IMG/VR virus record: IMGVR_UViG_3300022689_000334
Coordinates: 1-60,400 of that record
Length of the DNA stretch: 60,400 nucleotides
Origin: a virus
Lineage: Duplodnaviria > Caudoviricetes
Strand: one strand, 5' to 3'
The translations under genes were made by a program, and so were the position numbers. Shown one piece after another: positions 30,353 to 40,587 of this stretch (the stretch's first letter is position 1; the number at the start of each line of letters is the position of its first letter). The notes under the pieces were generated by a model that saw only the letters and a list, made by a program, of their open reading frames with translations, was not told the DNA's origin and searched no databases.

Positions 30353-31303
30353 TCAGGGGTGAACGTCTTTGATGAGAAATCCGAACATGGGAGCAGTGAC
30401 AATCTCTTGCAGGTGCTCCCCTACGCGCACGTAGCGACCTCCATCTAAGCCGATGTCCTGGTCAAACCAGTTATAGGTTCTACGGGCACCCCATTGAGCC
30501 GTCAGGCCCCAGGTCATCCCGGATTGCACCGTAGCTGTCGGGTCAATCCGCAGAAGGGCAATGTCGTGGTCCCACAGACGAGACAGGTTTGCAGGCATAC
30601 CAGGACGGTTCGTATCCAGCCACGCGCTGCCTACGACCAACTGCATGTTGAACATTTCTTCAAAGAACGCCCTGGGCACCAGACCGTTGCGACCATCGTT
30701 ACCGTGATAGGCCGAGATCATCTTGGGATGCCGACGAATCCAGCCCCAGGTATTTTCCCCCATGATGGCCATGTTGGGCTTGGCAATCATGACGGACTTG
30801 GCTTCCTCAAGCACCCCGATGGGGTCGCTCTCAGTGGCCGGGGTCGTTGGGTCAATCGTGTAGTTGCTGAACTGGTCTGCCCCCGCCAGGGTCATCAGGT
30901 TTCCAGCAGGGTAGTTGTTGGTATTGAAAACCGTGTTAACTACTCGCAACTCGCGGTCAAGCAACATCCAGTTCGTGATGTGCTCAGTATTCTCATCCAG
31001 CGGGTCATAGCCGGGGCCTGAGTTGTCAATGTCCTTTTGCGGAACGGGATTCTGCAGACCGTAATCTTTGGTGCGGCCTTCCCGCATGTCAAAACCAAAC
31101 TCAACGTTCTGCACCTGACCTGTGCGGCCTACGAGCGTGTCAACCCGCTTAAAGGCTTCATCCAGTCGGTATTGCTTCCAGTCAAACCGTTCACCGCCAA
31201 CGGGCTTACGGGGAAGAACGATGTCTGAAATCAGTTCCTCATTTGTGTACTGGATGGCTATGGCCGTTCTGCGACGGTCTACGGGAAATTGTGCTAGTGG
31301 CAT
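30353..31303 (-). CDS. Major capsid protein
   Basis: 316 aa after protease and decoration genes; TAIAIQYTN...LLDRELRV...PN...W..IRRHPK pattern. Confidence 0.85.
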   Translation of the reverse strand: MPLAQFPVDRRRTAIAIQYTNEELISDIVLPRKPVGGERFDWKQYRLDEAFKRVDTLVGRTGQVQNVEFGFDMREGRTKDYGLQNPVPQKDIDNSGPGYDPLDENTEHITNWMLLDRELRVVNTVFNTNNYPAGNLMTLAGADQFSNYTIDPTTPATESDPIGVLEEAKSVMIAKPNMAIMGENTWGWIRRHPKMISAYHGNDGRNGLVPRAFFEEMFNMQLVVGSAWLDTNRPGMPANLSRLWDHDIALLRIDPTATVQSGMTWGLTAQWGARRTYNWFDQDIGLDGGRYVRVGEHLQEIVTAPMFGFLIKDVHP

Positions 31304-31344
31304 GGGTTACCTACTCCTTAGGGACAGGGGATAAGACAAAAGAA

Positions 31345-31761
31345 TTACGGGTGTACGCTGCGGAAAATTACGACAGGGCCTATAACTCCCTCAGCAGCAG
31401 TGATGCCGGCATAACCGAGAATCTGGTTGCCAGCAGCAGCAGTAACGGCCCGTCCCTGTGCATCAGAGGTGACTGGAGCACCCCGCTCAACGACGCCGCC
31501 GTACAGAACCCGTGGATACTCGCTCATCACGACATCCACGGTGTCACCTTCCACAAGCTTGATTTCAGGCCTCTCCTGGCCGATGGGGTAGGGGTCATCT
31601 ACGCTGTCAGGGATGTAGCTCACCCCCAGTGAAAAGTCAGCAGCAGAAGTAGCTTCAACGACATGCCCGTCATCAGCGCCAAACTTGACGATGCGATTGG
31701 GCCGGATATCACCTCCGCACCGGAAGGATGTAGTAATCCCATTTCTTTGGATTAACGGCAT
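31345..31761 (-). CDS. Capsid decoration/cement protein (DUF2190-like)
   Basis: RIVKFGADDG...YGGVVERGAPVTSDAQGRAV...G.A. Confidence 0.8.
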   Translation of the reverse strand: MPLIQRNGITTSFRCGGDIRPNRIVKFGADDGHVVEATSAADFSLGVSYIPDSVDDPYPIGQERPEIKLVEGDTVDVVMSEYPRVLYGGVVERGAPVTSDAQGRAVTAAAGNQILGYAGITAAEGVIGPVVIFRSVHP

Positions 31762-31841
31762 CTGGGTCTCCTATCAGGGGTAAAGGGGTAAAGAAAAACC
31801 GTTTGTCACGGATAAACAGACAAACAGAAGAACGGGGAAAC

Positions 31842-33518
31842 TTAAACCTGGAGATTGTTTTCAGCAATCACATGGTCAAGAGCGGCTTTGAAGTCTACTT
31901 CTTTGCCAGCTTGCTTTTGTTGATGTCGGTAGGTTTCAGCCAGTTGAACCAGATCTTCAGGGGTTACAGCTTCCACACTTTCGCCGCCATCATCCGGGGT
32001 CAGTTCCTCGTGCAAGGTTGCAAACACAGCAGCAACCGACTCCAGGTGAGACCTGAACCAGGCCCCCTGCTCTTTACCCAGGGATGCGCCAAATTCGGCC
32101 AAAGTGTATGGCTCTCCCTCAGAGTGATTCATCACCCCAGGCAGGCGCGTTGCCGTGTGGCCATTCAGGATTGAGGCTGGCAGTTTCATCTGATTGACTG
32201 CGGCCTTCCAGTCTGACTGTCTGGCTATGGCTTGTTGCTCGGCCAGAGCTGTGGTTAGGGAGTTGCGATCTGATTCCAGTTGACTGATTCGGCCCAGGGC
32301 TTGTTGGAGTTGACGTTGTAGAGCGTCCATAGATGATGCAGAAGTTTGATCAGGGGAGGGGTGAGGGATTGGAGCTGGATCTGTGTTCGGGGCCGGGGCC
32401 GGGGATGGAGCCGAAGGAGTCTCAGGCGGGGTTTCCTCTCCAGGTGGAACCGGAGAAGGAGGCCCTGACTCCTGACCCTGATTGCCGTCCCCTTGATTGC
32501 CCTCATCAGGAACGGTCGGGGTCGGGGTTGCATCCTGCTCTGGGGTTGCTGGATCAGAGTGAGTGCCTTTGGGCTTTGCACTGGATGGCATAGTGTCTTC
32601 CTCCTGGTAAACGGGTTGTCCAAGTCTTTCTTCAACCAGTGCATAGATGTCGTTGAACATCCGATACATCCGGTCTTCTAGGTCTTCTAGGTCCCTTATG
32701 TCAGCAACCAATCCTTCCCCCTGCTCCGGGGAACTGACCAGGGCTGTCATTTGGTCAAGGGTTTCTTTGGGTAGAACGGCCTCAGCTGCCTCTACCCCTT
32801 GTTCAGCGATGATGCGATCACGCATCCGCCCGAGCATGTCAGCAGAGGCGCGAACTGCATTAGACAACGCCCAGAGGTAGTCACTGGATGCAGCCCAAAA
32901 TGCAAAATCGTGAACCCCTTCGCTTGCTGAACGACTGGGTTCTTCACTGAGCAAGACGGTGTGTTCCGGGATGTTGTCCTCGGATAGGTCAAGAGACATC
33001 CCCTTCACTGCAGGCGGATCAACTCCCAACAAGGCAATGTGACGAAGCGCAAGTTTGCCGGGGCTGGGATTAGTCGGGGCATCTCCAAAGTAGATTGAAC
33101 TGGAAATGCCTGTAATCTGTCCGTTCTGAATCCACTCCCTTGCAATGGGAGCAATCTTTTCAAAGTAGGCAAACAGGCTGTCCCCGACTCTCTTAAGAAA
33201 CTTGGGAAAGCCAAATGCCAGGTTCCTGAGCAAGAGTTGTTGGTGCTTCTCTGCATCGTCCCCGGCACCATCAGGGTCCGCAAAGTGCCCGTCTACGTCA
33301 TGGCTCACGATCAACGGGGCGCGGAACACCTCAGGGTTGTAAGACTGAACCATCTCGTCCAGTTCTTCTAGGGTCCACTCCTTGCTGAACCCCATTGAGT
33401 CCGTATGCAGACCAGCCCTGAATATCTCCAGGCCAACTAGATTCTCATCCCCTTCAAACAGGACTATCCGAATTTTGTTTTTACCAGTTGGCTTTTCAGG
33501 GGCAATGGTCGTGGGCAT
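31842..33518 (-). CDS. Mu gpI-like prohead protease with scaffold domain
   Basis: EIFRAG.H, APLIVSH, SSSIY...LRHIALLGVDPPAVKGM; coiled-coil C-terminal part. Confidence 0.88.
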   Translation of the reverse strand: MPTTIAPEKPTGKNKIRIVLFEGDENLVGLEIFRAGLHTDSMGFSKEWTLEELDEMVQSYNPEVFRAPLIVSHDVDGHFADPDGAGDDAEKHQQLLLRNLAFGFPKFLKRVGDSLFAYFEKIAPIAREWIQNGQITGISSSIYFGDAPTNPSPGKLALRHIALLGVDPPAVKGMSLDLSEDNIPEHTVLLSEEPSRSASEGVHDFAFWAASSDYLWALSNAVRASADMLGRMRDRIIAEQGVEAAEAVLPKETLDQMTALVSSPEQGEGLVADIRDLEDLEDRMYRMFNDIYALVEERLGQPVYQEEDTMPSSAKPKGTHSDPATPEQDATPTPTVPDEGNQGDGNQGQESGPPSPVPPGEETPPETPSAPSPAPAPNTDPAPIPHPSPDQTSASSMDALQRQLQQALGRISQLESDRNSLTTALAEQQAIARQSDWKAAVNQMKLPASILNGHTATRLPGVMNHSEGEPYTLAEFGASLGKEQGAWFRSHLESVAAVFATLHEELTPDDGGESVEAVTPEDLVQLAETYRHQQKQAGKEVDFKAALDHVIAENNLQV

Positions 33519-33607
33519 GTCGGAACCTGTAAAAACTCCAAGATTGCTCTGACCCAAGGTATTCGCGCTTTGGCCAAAGTTTCAAGGCTAGCCTTATGAT
33601 TGTGTAA

Positions 33608-33625
33608 AGGTGGCTTAAGCCACCT
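33608..33625. promoter_or_regulatory. Perfect 18-bp palindrome AGGTGGCTTAAGCCACCT upstream of the head operon
   Basis: Seen directly; related copies at 25183, 37935 and 49208 precede other late genes. Confidence 0.6.
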
Positions 33626-33695
33626 CAGGACATGAAAAACATGCACCCAAGGACGGAAAAGCCACCCGTGCGGTTATCAAGCAAGTGAGATAGCG

Positions 33696-34193
33696 ATGGG
33701 CACTAACTCTGACGAGCTGACAGAACTATTGCAATACCTTGAGCCGGAAAGTTCAAGGCTAGCCCTAAAAGGAAATGACCCTCCGAAGTGTCAGCGCCTC
33801 CGAGAAATGCGAACGGAACTGGGCCTAACCCTGGCCAGCGTGTGCAATTTGTATGGCCTCATCCAGTCTCTTGCAGTGCTGGGAACCCTCAAGATTGATG
33901 GGGAAACCGGTCATGCACTGATTGAGTTTCCGAGTAAAGAAATCACCCTGGAATCCCTACGGGCCATCAATTTGCAAGACTTTCTAGGGCAGATGGATAG
34001 CTTGGATATAACCCACCTGAGTAAGTTTGAACGAGGCGATCAGGTGCCCTGGATTCGCGCCCGAGCCAGATTGACGCTGCTGTTTTCCCTGATCTATGGG
34101 AAACCCTTGCAGGTGAAAGACGTTTTTCCAGAACTTGAAAAATTCCCTGGCATTAAGTCAACCGTCAAGGCTGACCACCTGCTGGATGTCTAG
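33696..34193 (+). CDS. XRE-family HTH regulator (HTH split by an insertion)
   Basis: RLREMRTELGLTLASV...THLSKFERGDQVP...VKDVFPE. Confidence 0.65.
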   Translation: MGTNSDELTELLQYLEPESSRLALKGNDPPKCQRLREMRTELGLTLASVCNLYGLIQSLAVLGTLKIDGETGHALIEFPSKEITLESLRAINLQDFLGQMDSLDITHLSKFERGDQVPWIRARARLTLLFSLIYGKPLQVKDVFPELEKFPGIKSTVKADHLLDV

Positions 34194-34311
34194 AAAATAA
34201 TCCAAAAAAACTTTGGCTACCCCCTTGCAACTTCGGCCAAAGTCAGGTTAATATTAAGAGGTAAAGACAAACACCGCCAAACACCACACCACCCACCACA
34301 GGAGACACCCC

Positions 34312-34590
34312 ATGACCGCTGCCTATCCTACTTTTGAGCAAGTTATTTGCCAGGTCGTTGCTAATCCCTGCAATAAACTGCAGGAAACCTTAGCCCTGTG
34401 TCTGGCCGGGGAGTGGCCCTATGACCCAACTGAGGAACAGGTTTACTACCTGCTCACCTCTGGTCGCACCCTGAAGGATATGGTTACCCCGGATGGTCGT
34501 GAAATTGTGACCTACGCTGATTTCTGCGGCCCCTGGGTGCTCAAGGTTGACATGGATGCTTTCAAGGTCAAGTTTCCTGAGTTTGCTTAA
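34312..34590 (+). CDS. Hypothetical protein (self-promoted cassette)
   Basis: AGGAG RBS and full cassette promoter at about 34225-34275. Confidence 0.75.
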   Translation: MTAAYPTFEQVICQVVANPCNKLQETLALCLAGEWPYDPTEEQVYYLLTSGRTLKDMVTPDGREIVTYADFCGPWVLKVDMDAFKVKFPEFA

Positions 34591-35333
34591 GCCCCTGGAT
34601 AGCTCCACCTGGCCCGATAACCCCGGCCATCAATGTGAGTAAAGCCTACCCCAGCAGCTAAGCCGCCCTGAATGTGCCACCAGCGATCCAGGGCGGCATA
34701 GACCTGTTTAGGAGTGCGACTTGGAACCCGGAAGTCTACGGCATCGCCACGCATATGCCGACTCTGGCTAGCGCCTCCGACTCGCCGATTTGTTGCCGGG
34801 TCCCTGTACCAAGATGTGATGGTCACCGGCTCACTGCCCAGGCGGATGCGAACGTTTTCCATCACGCCAGCAATGCGAATGATATTCCGCGTAACTTCCT
34901 CATCGTGGGGCCTACGAAAGTTCCCGTTCCGGTCAAAGTGCAGTGCCTCGCGCCATTTGAAATGATGCGTCCCTGGGATAGCCTCATTGCTCCACAGAGG
35001 CCCCGGCAAACCTGGTATATCAAACTTGAATCCCCTGTCCTCTGCAGGGGCCTTAGCTGGTTCATCGTGGGGGTCGTTGTCGGGGCTGAACCCTGCCGGG
35101 TCAATGATATGGCCCTTAAAGACCCACCATGTATTCTTTCCGCTGTGGTGCAGTTCAGCCAGGTCTTCTGATTCCGGGTCCAACGTCACCACAAGATGAC
35201 TGCCTTCTTCTCGATAAGCAAGGACATTGAACTCCGTCCCCTCTGCCACGCTGGCCAGGTCCTGGTCAGGTAGTTCAGAAGATTGGGCTGCTGAAGGCTT
35301 GAATACGGTGTCTTGAGACAGGATTAGTTTCAT
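34587..35333 (-). CDS. Endolysin, peptidase M15A family
   Basis: ITSWYRDPATNRRVGGASQSRHMRGDAVDF...FTHIDGRG; N-terminal domain typical of cyanobacterial cell-wall hydrolases. Confidence 0.88.
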   Translation of the reverse strand: MKLILSQDTVFKPSAAQSSELPDQDLASVAEGTEFNVLAYREEGSHLVVTLDPESEDLAELHHSGKNTWWVFKGHIIDPAGFSPDNDPHDEPAKAPAEDRGFKFDIPGLPGPLWSNEAIPGTHHFKWREALHFDRNGNFRRPHDEEVTRNIIRIAGVMENVRIRLGSEPVTITSWYRDPATNRRVGGASQSRHMRGDAVDFRVPSRTPKQVYAALDRWWHIQGGLAAGVGFTHIDGRGYRARWSYPGA

Positions 35334-35339
35334 GGGTTT

Positions 35340-37934
35340 TTAGATTAAAGTGCGTAACCAGCTCGGTAGTCGGTTCTCTACGGCATCCAGGGCCGCAGTG
35401 CGATTGCGATCAACAGTCGGTGACCCCAGCCAGCTCGGGTCATCCACCAGAGGCACCAGCGTCCCGTCAACGTACTCAGCCAGTACCGGGATGCCGTCAA
35501 TCGTGATGGTTGCTGCCGGGGAAACGTCCAGGGTTACTCCCTCAGGCAGAGACGCCAGATACTCCTTCAGGCACCGGCAACCGTAGCCGTTCGGGGGGGA
35601 GTATTGCGCCCAGAATGCGTCAGTGCTACTCAGGGTGAGCATGTCCAACTTGCGATGATGCTCCCTGGCATTGACATTGGTTCGGTGTCGCCATCGGGAG
35701 TAGGGGTAGAGTGCGATCACATCCCTGGCATTCATGACCTGCTCAAATCCGGCCATGTAGGCAGACCAGACCAGCGTCATCGAGGCAAACCGTCCCCGAC
35801 TAGCCTCGGCATGACTACTGGAACTGGAATTATCACTGGCCGTCACCAGCCAACCGGCCTGTTGAGCACGTTCTGTCACTCTGGCTCTCTGGTCTGCCTT
35901 TTTCTCGCCCTTAGCCTTGGCCAGTTCCCCCTTACTCTCCATGACCCAGGCCACCAGACCCAGCAGGCTGGCCCGAGCTAGTTCCTCGCCCCAGCTGTAG
36001 GCATCCTGAATCCGGCTTGTGTTCACCCCGGCCAGAGCTGCCACCTGACTGAGCTTTTCATCAGGGTTGAGACCGGTCAGAGCCTCAAGGGTAGGCTCTC
36101 CCTCCAGCCGATCTGGAAGGTACTCAACTGTTGCACTGAACCGGCCTACTGCATCTGCAGATGCCAGTCCCAGAGCAATCTGATCTCCTAGGGCCGCTGC
36201 TACCCCCCGGAACTCTCCCCCTTTAACCACTTCGGCCAAAGCAGATTGCCATTTCTTGCTTCTGCCGGTGACGACAGGTAGGACTAAATCCCAGGTTGCT
36301 TTTAGCCCCCTGGAGAATGCCCCTGAAACGGCCTGCTCCAGTTCAAGGTAGGGCTGGGGTAGTTCCCCCTCAGGCGCGGCGTACTCGCCCTGCCTGTGGT
36401 GAGATAGCCAATGTCCGTACCCCTTCCAGACATCCCCGTCGTTCAGGGTGATGCTGGTTTCATTGGTCTCTGTTTCACTGGTCTCTATGGTTACCGGGGT
36501 TCTCTGGCCTTCCCCCGGATCACCCCCGTCACCCTCAGGGGTAACCTTGCTGCGGGGCTGGCCCTCATCTGGGTCAGGCCTGGGGTCTGCTGTGGGCCCG
36601 ATATCTTCATAGTCATCGCCATAGATACGCACGACCGCAGAGGGCTTCAGGCGATACCCCTGCTTAAAGAGTTTGTCATCCCGATCTGATCGCTCGTTCA
36701 AGTCTTCCTGGTCGTCAAAGTCGCGCCAATACTGGGGCGGCTCTGCCGTGGGAATATTTAACACGGTTAACGGGATAAACAGATATTTCCGCATAGACGG
36801 GCAAATCAGGTCACTGTCTGCCTTGACCCATTCCTGTCTTATCTCTTCATCGTTCTTGGCCGGGGCACCGCTGAGGCCCTGGGTTGCTGCAACACCATAG
36901 GCCTGGCCGGTGATGAGTTCAGAGATCTGCCCATCAATCCAGTTCATGAAACTTTCGTAGGTATTGATGGACCCGGCGCGAGCTGCTTCTAGCAGGTGAA
37001 CCTTGTAACCCTCCGGTAGGCTGGCCCAGGAGTTGCGCCCGTAGGTGGTAAAGAATTCCTCCAGCAAGCTGCCGTCTTCACCATCAGGGTAAGTCCCGTA
37101 CTTCCCTGGCTCGGCGTACTTATCTGCGTAGATAGCCCAGAATGCAACGAATTCCCTCTTGAGGGTTACTGGCCAGAACAGATCGCCGCCCACCCCCTTG
37201 CCGTTGGGGTTGCTCGTTTCACTGCCAAAGCTGTGATGGATGAACTTGAAGATGGGGGCCGGTTCCCCCTTAATCGGCTCGTCCTTGGTCAGTATTCTCA
37301 ACTCCCAGCCCATGATCTGCTGGGGCGGTAGCTTGATTCGGGAGGGCTTATCAGGGTTAACCGGATTCAGGTCATTAACCTGACTCGGGTCTTTCACCTG
37401 CCTAACTTTTTTGCTGGGGGGCCGGAAGACAAATCGTTCCCGCTTCCTGTTCCGTATCTCCCTGGGAACCGTAATCCAGGGGTAAGGGTAGGGGGGCCGA
37501 ATCACCTTCACCGTTCCGGTGCGGTCATCTTGCTCAAACTCTCCTTCGACCAAACTCCGGGGAGTAGGCCGGGTTTCCCACAGCATTTCAGCATGCCCCC
37601 GCCCCCCGATGTAAGCCTGCTTCCAAAGTTTTCGCTCCACCTCATCCCAGGGCAGGTTATCAATCACCCACTGAGAGAGGGTTGCAATGGCCACATCTTC
37701 CGGGTTCTGACTGGCAGGGCGGATCTTCCTGTCCCTGGCAGAGATGGCCTGTCCCCGTCGCTCCAAACAGGACTTGACGTGCAAGTCTTTTTCTACGGAA
37801 CCAAGCCGGGTGTAGTCTCCCCCTAGCCTGTCTCGCAGGTACGGGTCTTCAATTTCTGGTTCATCCAGGAACCGCTCAAACGGTGCATTTGAAACCCTGA
37901 CCAGCTCATCGTGGAGCAGTTTAGAAATTGCCAT
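35340..37934 (-). CDS. Portal (Mu gp29/DUF935) fused to head morphogenesis domain (Mu gpF)
   Basis: D.HVKSCLERR, NPNGKG..LFWPV..KR...W..YADKYAEP, ISELITGQ; C-terminal REHH..LD...FW...PPNGYGCRC. Confidence 0.9.
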   Translation of the reverse strand: MAISKLLHDELVRVSNAPFERFLDEPEIEDPYLRDRLGGDYTRLGSVEKDLHVKSCLERRGQAISARDRKIRPASQNPEDVAIATLSQWVIDNLPWDEVERKLWKQAYIGGRGHAEMLWETRPTPRSLVEGEFEQDDRTGTVKVIRPPYPYPWITVPREIRNRKRERFVFRPPSKKVRQVKDPSQVNDLNPVNPDKPSRIKLPPQQIMGWELRILTKDEPIKGEPAPIFKFIHHSFGSETSNPNGKGVGGDLFWPVTLKREFVAFWAIYADKYAEPGKYGTYPDGEDGSLLEEFFTTYGRNSWASLPEGYKVHLLEAARAGSINTYESFMNWIDGQISELITGQAYGVAATQGLSGAPAKNDEEIRQEWVKADSDLICPSMRKYLFIPLTVLNIPTAEPPQYWRDFDDQEDLNERSDRDDKLFKQGYRLKPSAVVRIYGDDYEDIGPTADPRPDPDEGQPRSKVTPEGDGGDPGEGQRTPVTIETSETETNETSITLNDGDVWKGYGHWLSHHRQGEYAAPEGELPQPYLELEQAVSGAFSRGLKATWDLVLPVVTGRSKKWQSALAEVVKGGEFRGVAAALGDQIALGLASADAVGRFSATVEYLPDRLEGEPTLEALTGLNPDEKLSQVAALAGVNTSRIQDAYSWGEELARASLLGLVAWVMESKGELAKAKGEKKADQRARVTERAQQAGWLVTASDNSSSSSHAEASRGRFASMTLVWSAYMAGFEQVMNARDVIALYPYSRWRHRTNVNAREHHRKLDMLTLSSTDAFWAQYSPPNGYGCRCLKEYLASLPEGVTLDVSPAATITIDGIPVLAEYVDGTLVPLVDDPSWLGSPTVDRNRTAALDAVENRLPSWLRTLI

Positions 37935-38040
37935 GGCTTAAGCCTGTGGTATCACCCTAATTAAAGCATCTTGCACGATTTTGACATCCCGTTTTACCTG
38001 GAGTAAAATAAAGGGGTAAATACAAACACCCTGCACCGTT

Positions 38041-38538
38041 ATGTTTGCAACTGAAACTCACCAAAGGTTTTGCGTAGGTTTTCCTGTCCTCACGGCAAAG
38101 CTGGCCCTGATGGAATATGAGCCAGGCCCGAGCAAGAAACTACTTCAGGGGATAGCCCTGGCTCTGCTGAAATGTCCTGACAAATTAATGTTTAGGGTTG
38201 CGTTGGAATGTCTGGAGTCTGCTAATGAATTTCAGACTGTTGAAAACGTTGCGATCATTGCCCTGACAGGAGCAGAAACAGTACCCTGCAACCTCCTTCC
38301 TGCTGCAGGGGTCAAGATTCCAGGCTTTTCATTCCATTGGATTTCCTTCACGGTCCCAACTGTAGACCCTGAGATAGGCGAGACCTTTGATAGGGTGTCC
38401 GTGTCTGTGTATGTGCAGACCGGCCTACTCTTTGACACAGACTTCATTGTTCACTCCCTCAAGGCCCTGGGGCTAGTTCCTGAAAATGCTTTCCTGGAGA
38501 ACGTTGTTAACCCCCTGGGAGTTAATCAGGAGTTTTAA
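38041..38538 (+). CDS. Hypothetical protein
   Basis: TTGACA promoter and leader motif upstream. Confidence 0.65.
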   Translation: MFATETHQRFCVGFPVLTAKLALMEYEPGPSKKLLQGIALALLKCPDKLMFRVALECLESANEFQTVENVAIIALTGAETVPCNLLPAAGVKIPGFSFHWISFTVPTVDPEIGETFDRVSVSVYVQTGLLFDTDFIVHSLKALGLVPENAFLENVVNPLGVNQEF

Positions 38539-39246
38539 GCTTTCAAGGGAAAGGGCCTTTGACCAGTACCATCCCTGACCATAGGTGCATCCATTAGCGC
38601 CTAAGAACCTGACCTGGCCTTCAGTCTCTATCCCCTCCGCTATGACGTGAATGCCCATGCGAGAGGCCATGTGCAGAGCAAATATCACTACCTCAGCATG
38701 AATGTTAGAGACCGCAATCCCAGAAGTAAGCTGCTTGTCCAGCTTGATGATTTCTGGCTGATAGGTAATTAACGAAAACAGGTTACTCCAGCCTGTGCCC
38801 CAGTCATCAATCGCGATGGGGTATCCCAACTCCCTCAGGGTGATCAGAGCATAGTTATCAAATGCAGCTTCCTCGGTAAGCTCCAAGACCAACTGGCCGC
38901 ACCCTTGATTGTCTGACAGGACTTTGGCCAAAGTCTTCACGAAGTCCCCGTCATTTATGGGGGATGGATTCAGGTTGATACTTACCCATATCGGCAGTTC
39001 TCTGGCCTCTCTGCAAGCTATCTTGGCCAGATAAAGACAGACCTCCTGTAGAATGCACCCTGATAGAAACGGCAGGAACATCATGGGGGTCTTTATGCCC
39101 ATAGGGGTAAGCCAGCGACACAGGGCCTCAGCCCCGACGACTTCCCCGCTTGAAATACGAACTATAGGTTGATAGTGCAGGACCAAAGTCCCGTCACTCA
39201 TTGCGCTTCTTAGCTCTAAGTCAAGTCCAGTTAAAGGCTCTGACAC
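38473..39246 (-). CDS. Stand-alone EAL-domain c-di-GMP phosphodiesterase
   Basis: YQPIV, EALCRW, SINL, LELTE, AIDDWGTGWS, IKLDK, AEGIET, GQGWYWSK. Confidence 0.92.
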   Translation of the reverse strand: MSEPLTGLDLELRSAMSDGTLVLHYQPIVRISSGEVVGAEALCRWLTPMGIKTPMMFLPFLSGCILQEVCLYLAKIACREARELPIWVSINLNPSPINDGDFVKTLAKVLSDNQGCGQLVLELTEEAAFDNYALITLRELGYPIAIDDWGTGWSNLFSLITYQPEIIKLDKQLTSGIAVSNIHAEVVIFALHMASRMGIHVIAEGIETEGQVRFLGANGCTYGQGWYWSKALSLESLKLLINSQGVNNVLQESIFRN

Positions 39247-39282
39247 GTTCTGACTTCAGTTCTGGTCTTGGCAAGAAACTGA

Positions 39283-39723
39283 CTAAAGGGAAGACTCAAA
39301 AAGTTCTTTATAACTGACTGGTTTTCCAGTCTTTAACAGAATGCCATAAATCATTTGGCCTGACCAGGAATCGTCACCGGCACCAGGAACTGGCTTACCC
39401 AGATATCTTATCCACGGAAAAGCACTGGCATAGAGCAGGCCGTGAGGGATCAGATTGGGGTCCCAGCTGGCCAGCCAGTACCGAGCCCGAAAATCTAGAA
39501 TCTGGTTCTCTTGCTCATGACAAGGAACCTCAATCCAAACATGGGGCGTTATGCCGTCTACCTGGCCTGAATGGTCTATCCGCAGTGCGCCCACCATAGG
39601 GATGTGCTCTACCCCGGCCTGACCGAGCAGGTGACTGATCACACGACTCATGCCGTCGCACTCCAGCGCGGACAACTCCTGGGAGTGTTGCTCCAGACTG
39701 TCCAGTAGTTCTTGAGTAATCAC
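39283..39723 (-). CDS. Transglutaminase/papain-like hypothetical protein
   Basis: ECDGMSRVISHLL...PHVWIE...ILDFRAR (Cys-His-Asp). Confidence 0.55.
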   Translation of the reverse strand: MITQELLDSLEQHSQELSALECDGMSRVISHLLGQAGVEHIPMVGALRIDHSGQVDGITPHVWIEVPCHEQENQILDFRARYWLASWDPNLIPHGLLYASAFPWIRYLGKPVPGAGDDSWSGQMIYGILLKTGKPVSYKELFESSL

Positions 39724-39875
39724 AGCAGGTTAAACCTCATCAATGCAAAGACAAGGACGAGAACGAACACGGATAGGCACTGAGTAAACAGGGGTAACCC
39801 CGTCAGGCTGATGGAGCTGCCTACCGTAAGCCCAACCAGGGCAATAATCAGGGTTTCTCTCAGGTCTGGTTTCAT
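39720..39875 (-). CDS. Small two-TM membrane protein
   Basis: MKPDLRETLIIALVGLTVGSS...CLSVFVLVLVFALM; GAGG RBS. Confidence 0.5.
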   Translation of the reverse strand: MKPDLRETLIIALVGLTVGSSISLTGLPLFTQCLSVFVLVLVFALMRFNLL

Positions 39876-39978
39876 TTTGCCTCTTGCCTGCAGGTTCCCT
39901 TTATAGTAACATAAAGGGGTAAAGACAAACACTTAAAAAACACCGCACAAAGCACCACCTACGCTACAGGAAAACACC

Positions 39979-40587
39979 ATGCTACTTGAATATAGACGAG
40001 GCAATAGCGACAAGTTTTATCGTTGTAACTTAAAGATTAATTTTTCCCTTTCAGGCATTTCTTTCCCCGTCTATCTGGGGAACCTGGACAGGCTATCTGC
40101 CCTGACTCCGATCAGGGACCATCATTATTTTGCCTGTAGACTGGCCAATGCTATTGACCAGGAAATTGCCCCAGGCACCTTCACTCAACTTTGCCAAGGT
40201 ACCGGCATGAGCCTGAATGAGTTCTATGAGGCTATGTGTCAAGCCCTGGAGCGTGACCAGGAGATAGACTACCTGCCGGATGTTCACTATGGCCGCAACG
40301 GCACCAACGGACAACACAAGACTTACCCCGGCGCAGCGTCAACGCTTCCTCCCTGGAGTCGGCTTTATCACTGCATACAGGTGTTGCGTACCAAGGCAAA
40401 TCAAAAGATCAATAAGGGTTATTTAATCATCAACACCGGCATTGATCGGGGAACTGGCCAACGGTTCACCCAGGAATCCCCGGAGGAAAAAGCCCGGAAA
40501 CAAGAACTGGTTGAATCTGAGGCTAGGGAAACTTTGGCTGAAGTCTCCGAACTGTTTGCCCCTTCAGAGCAGGTGTGGATGCTGTGA
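39979..40587 (+). CDS. WGR-domain-like protein with C-terminal WML tail (paralogue 1)
   Basis: GNSDKFY...HYGRNGTNGQ...KINKGY; ends TLAEVSELFAPSEQVWML. Confidence 0.7.
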   Translation: MLLEYRRGNSDKFYRCNLKINFSLSGISFPVYLGNLDRLSALTPIRDHHYFACRLANAIDQEIAPGTFTQLCQGTGMSLNEFYEAMCQALERDQEIDYLPDVHYGRNGTNGQHKTYPGAASTLPPWSRLYHCIQVLRTKANQKINKGYLIINTGIDRGTGQRFTQESPEEKARKQELVESEARETLAEVSELFAPSEQVWML

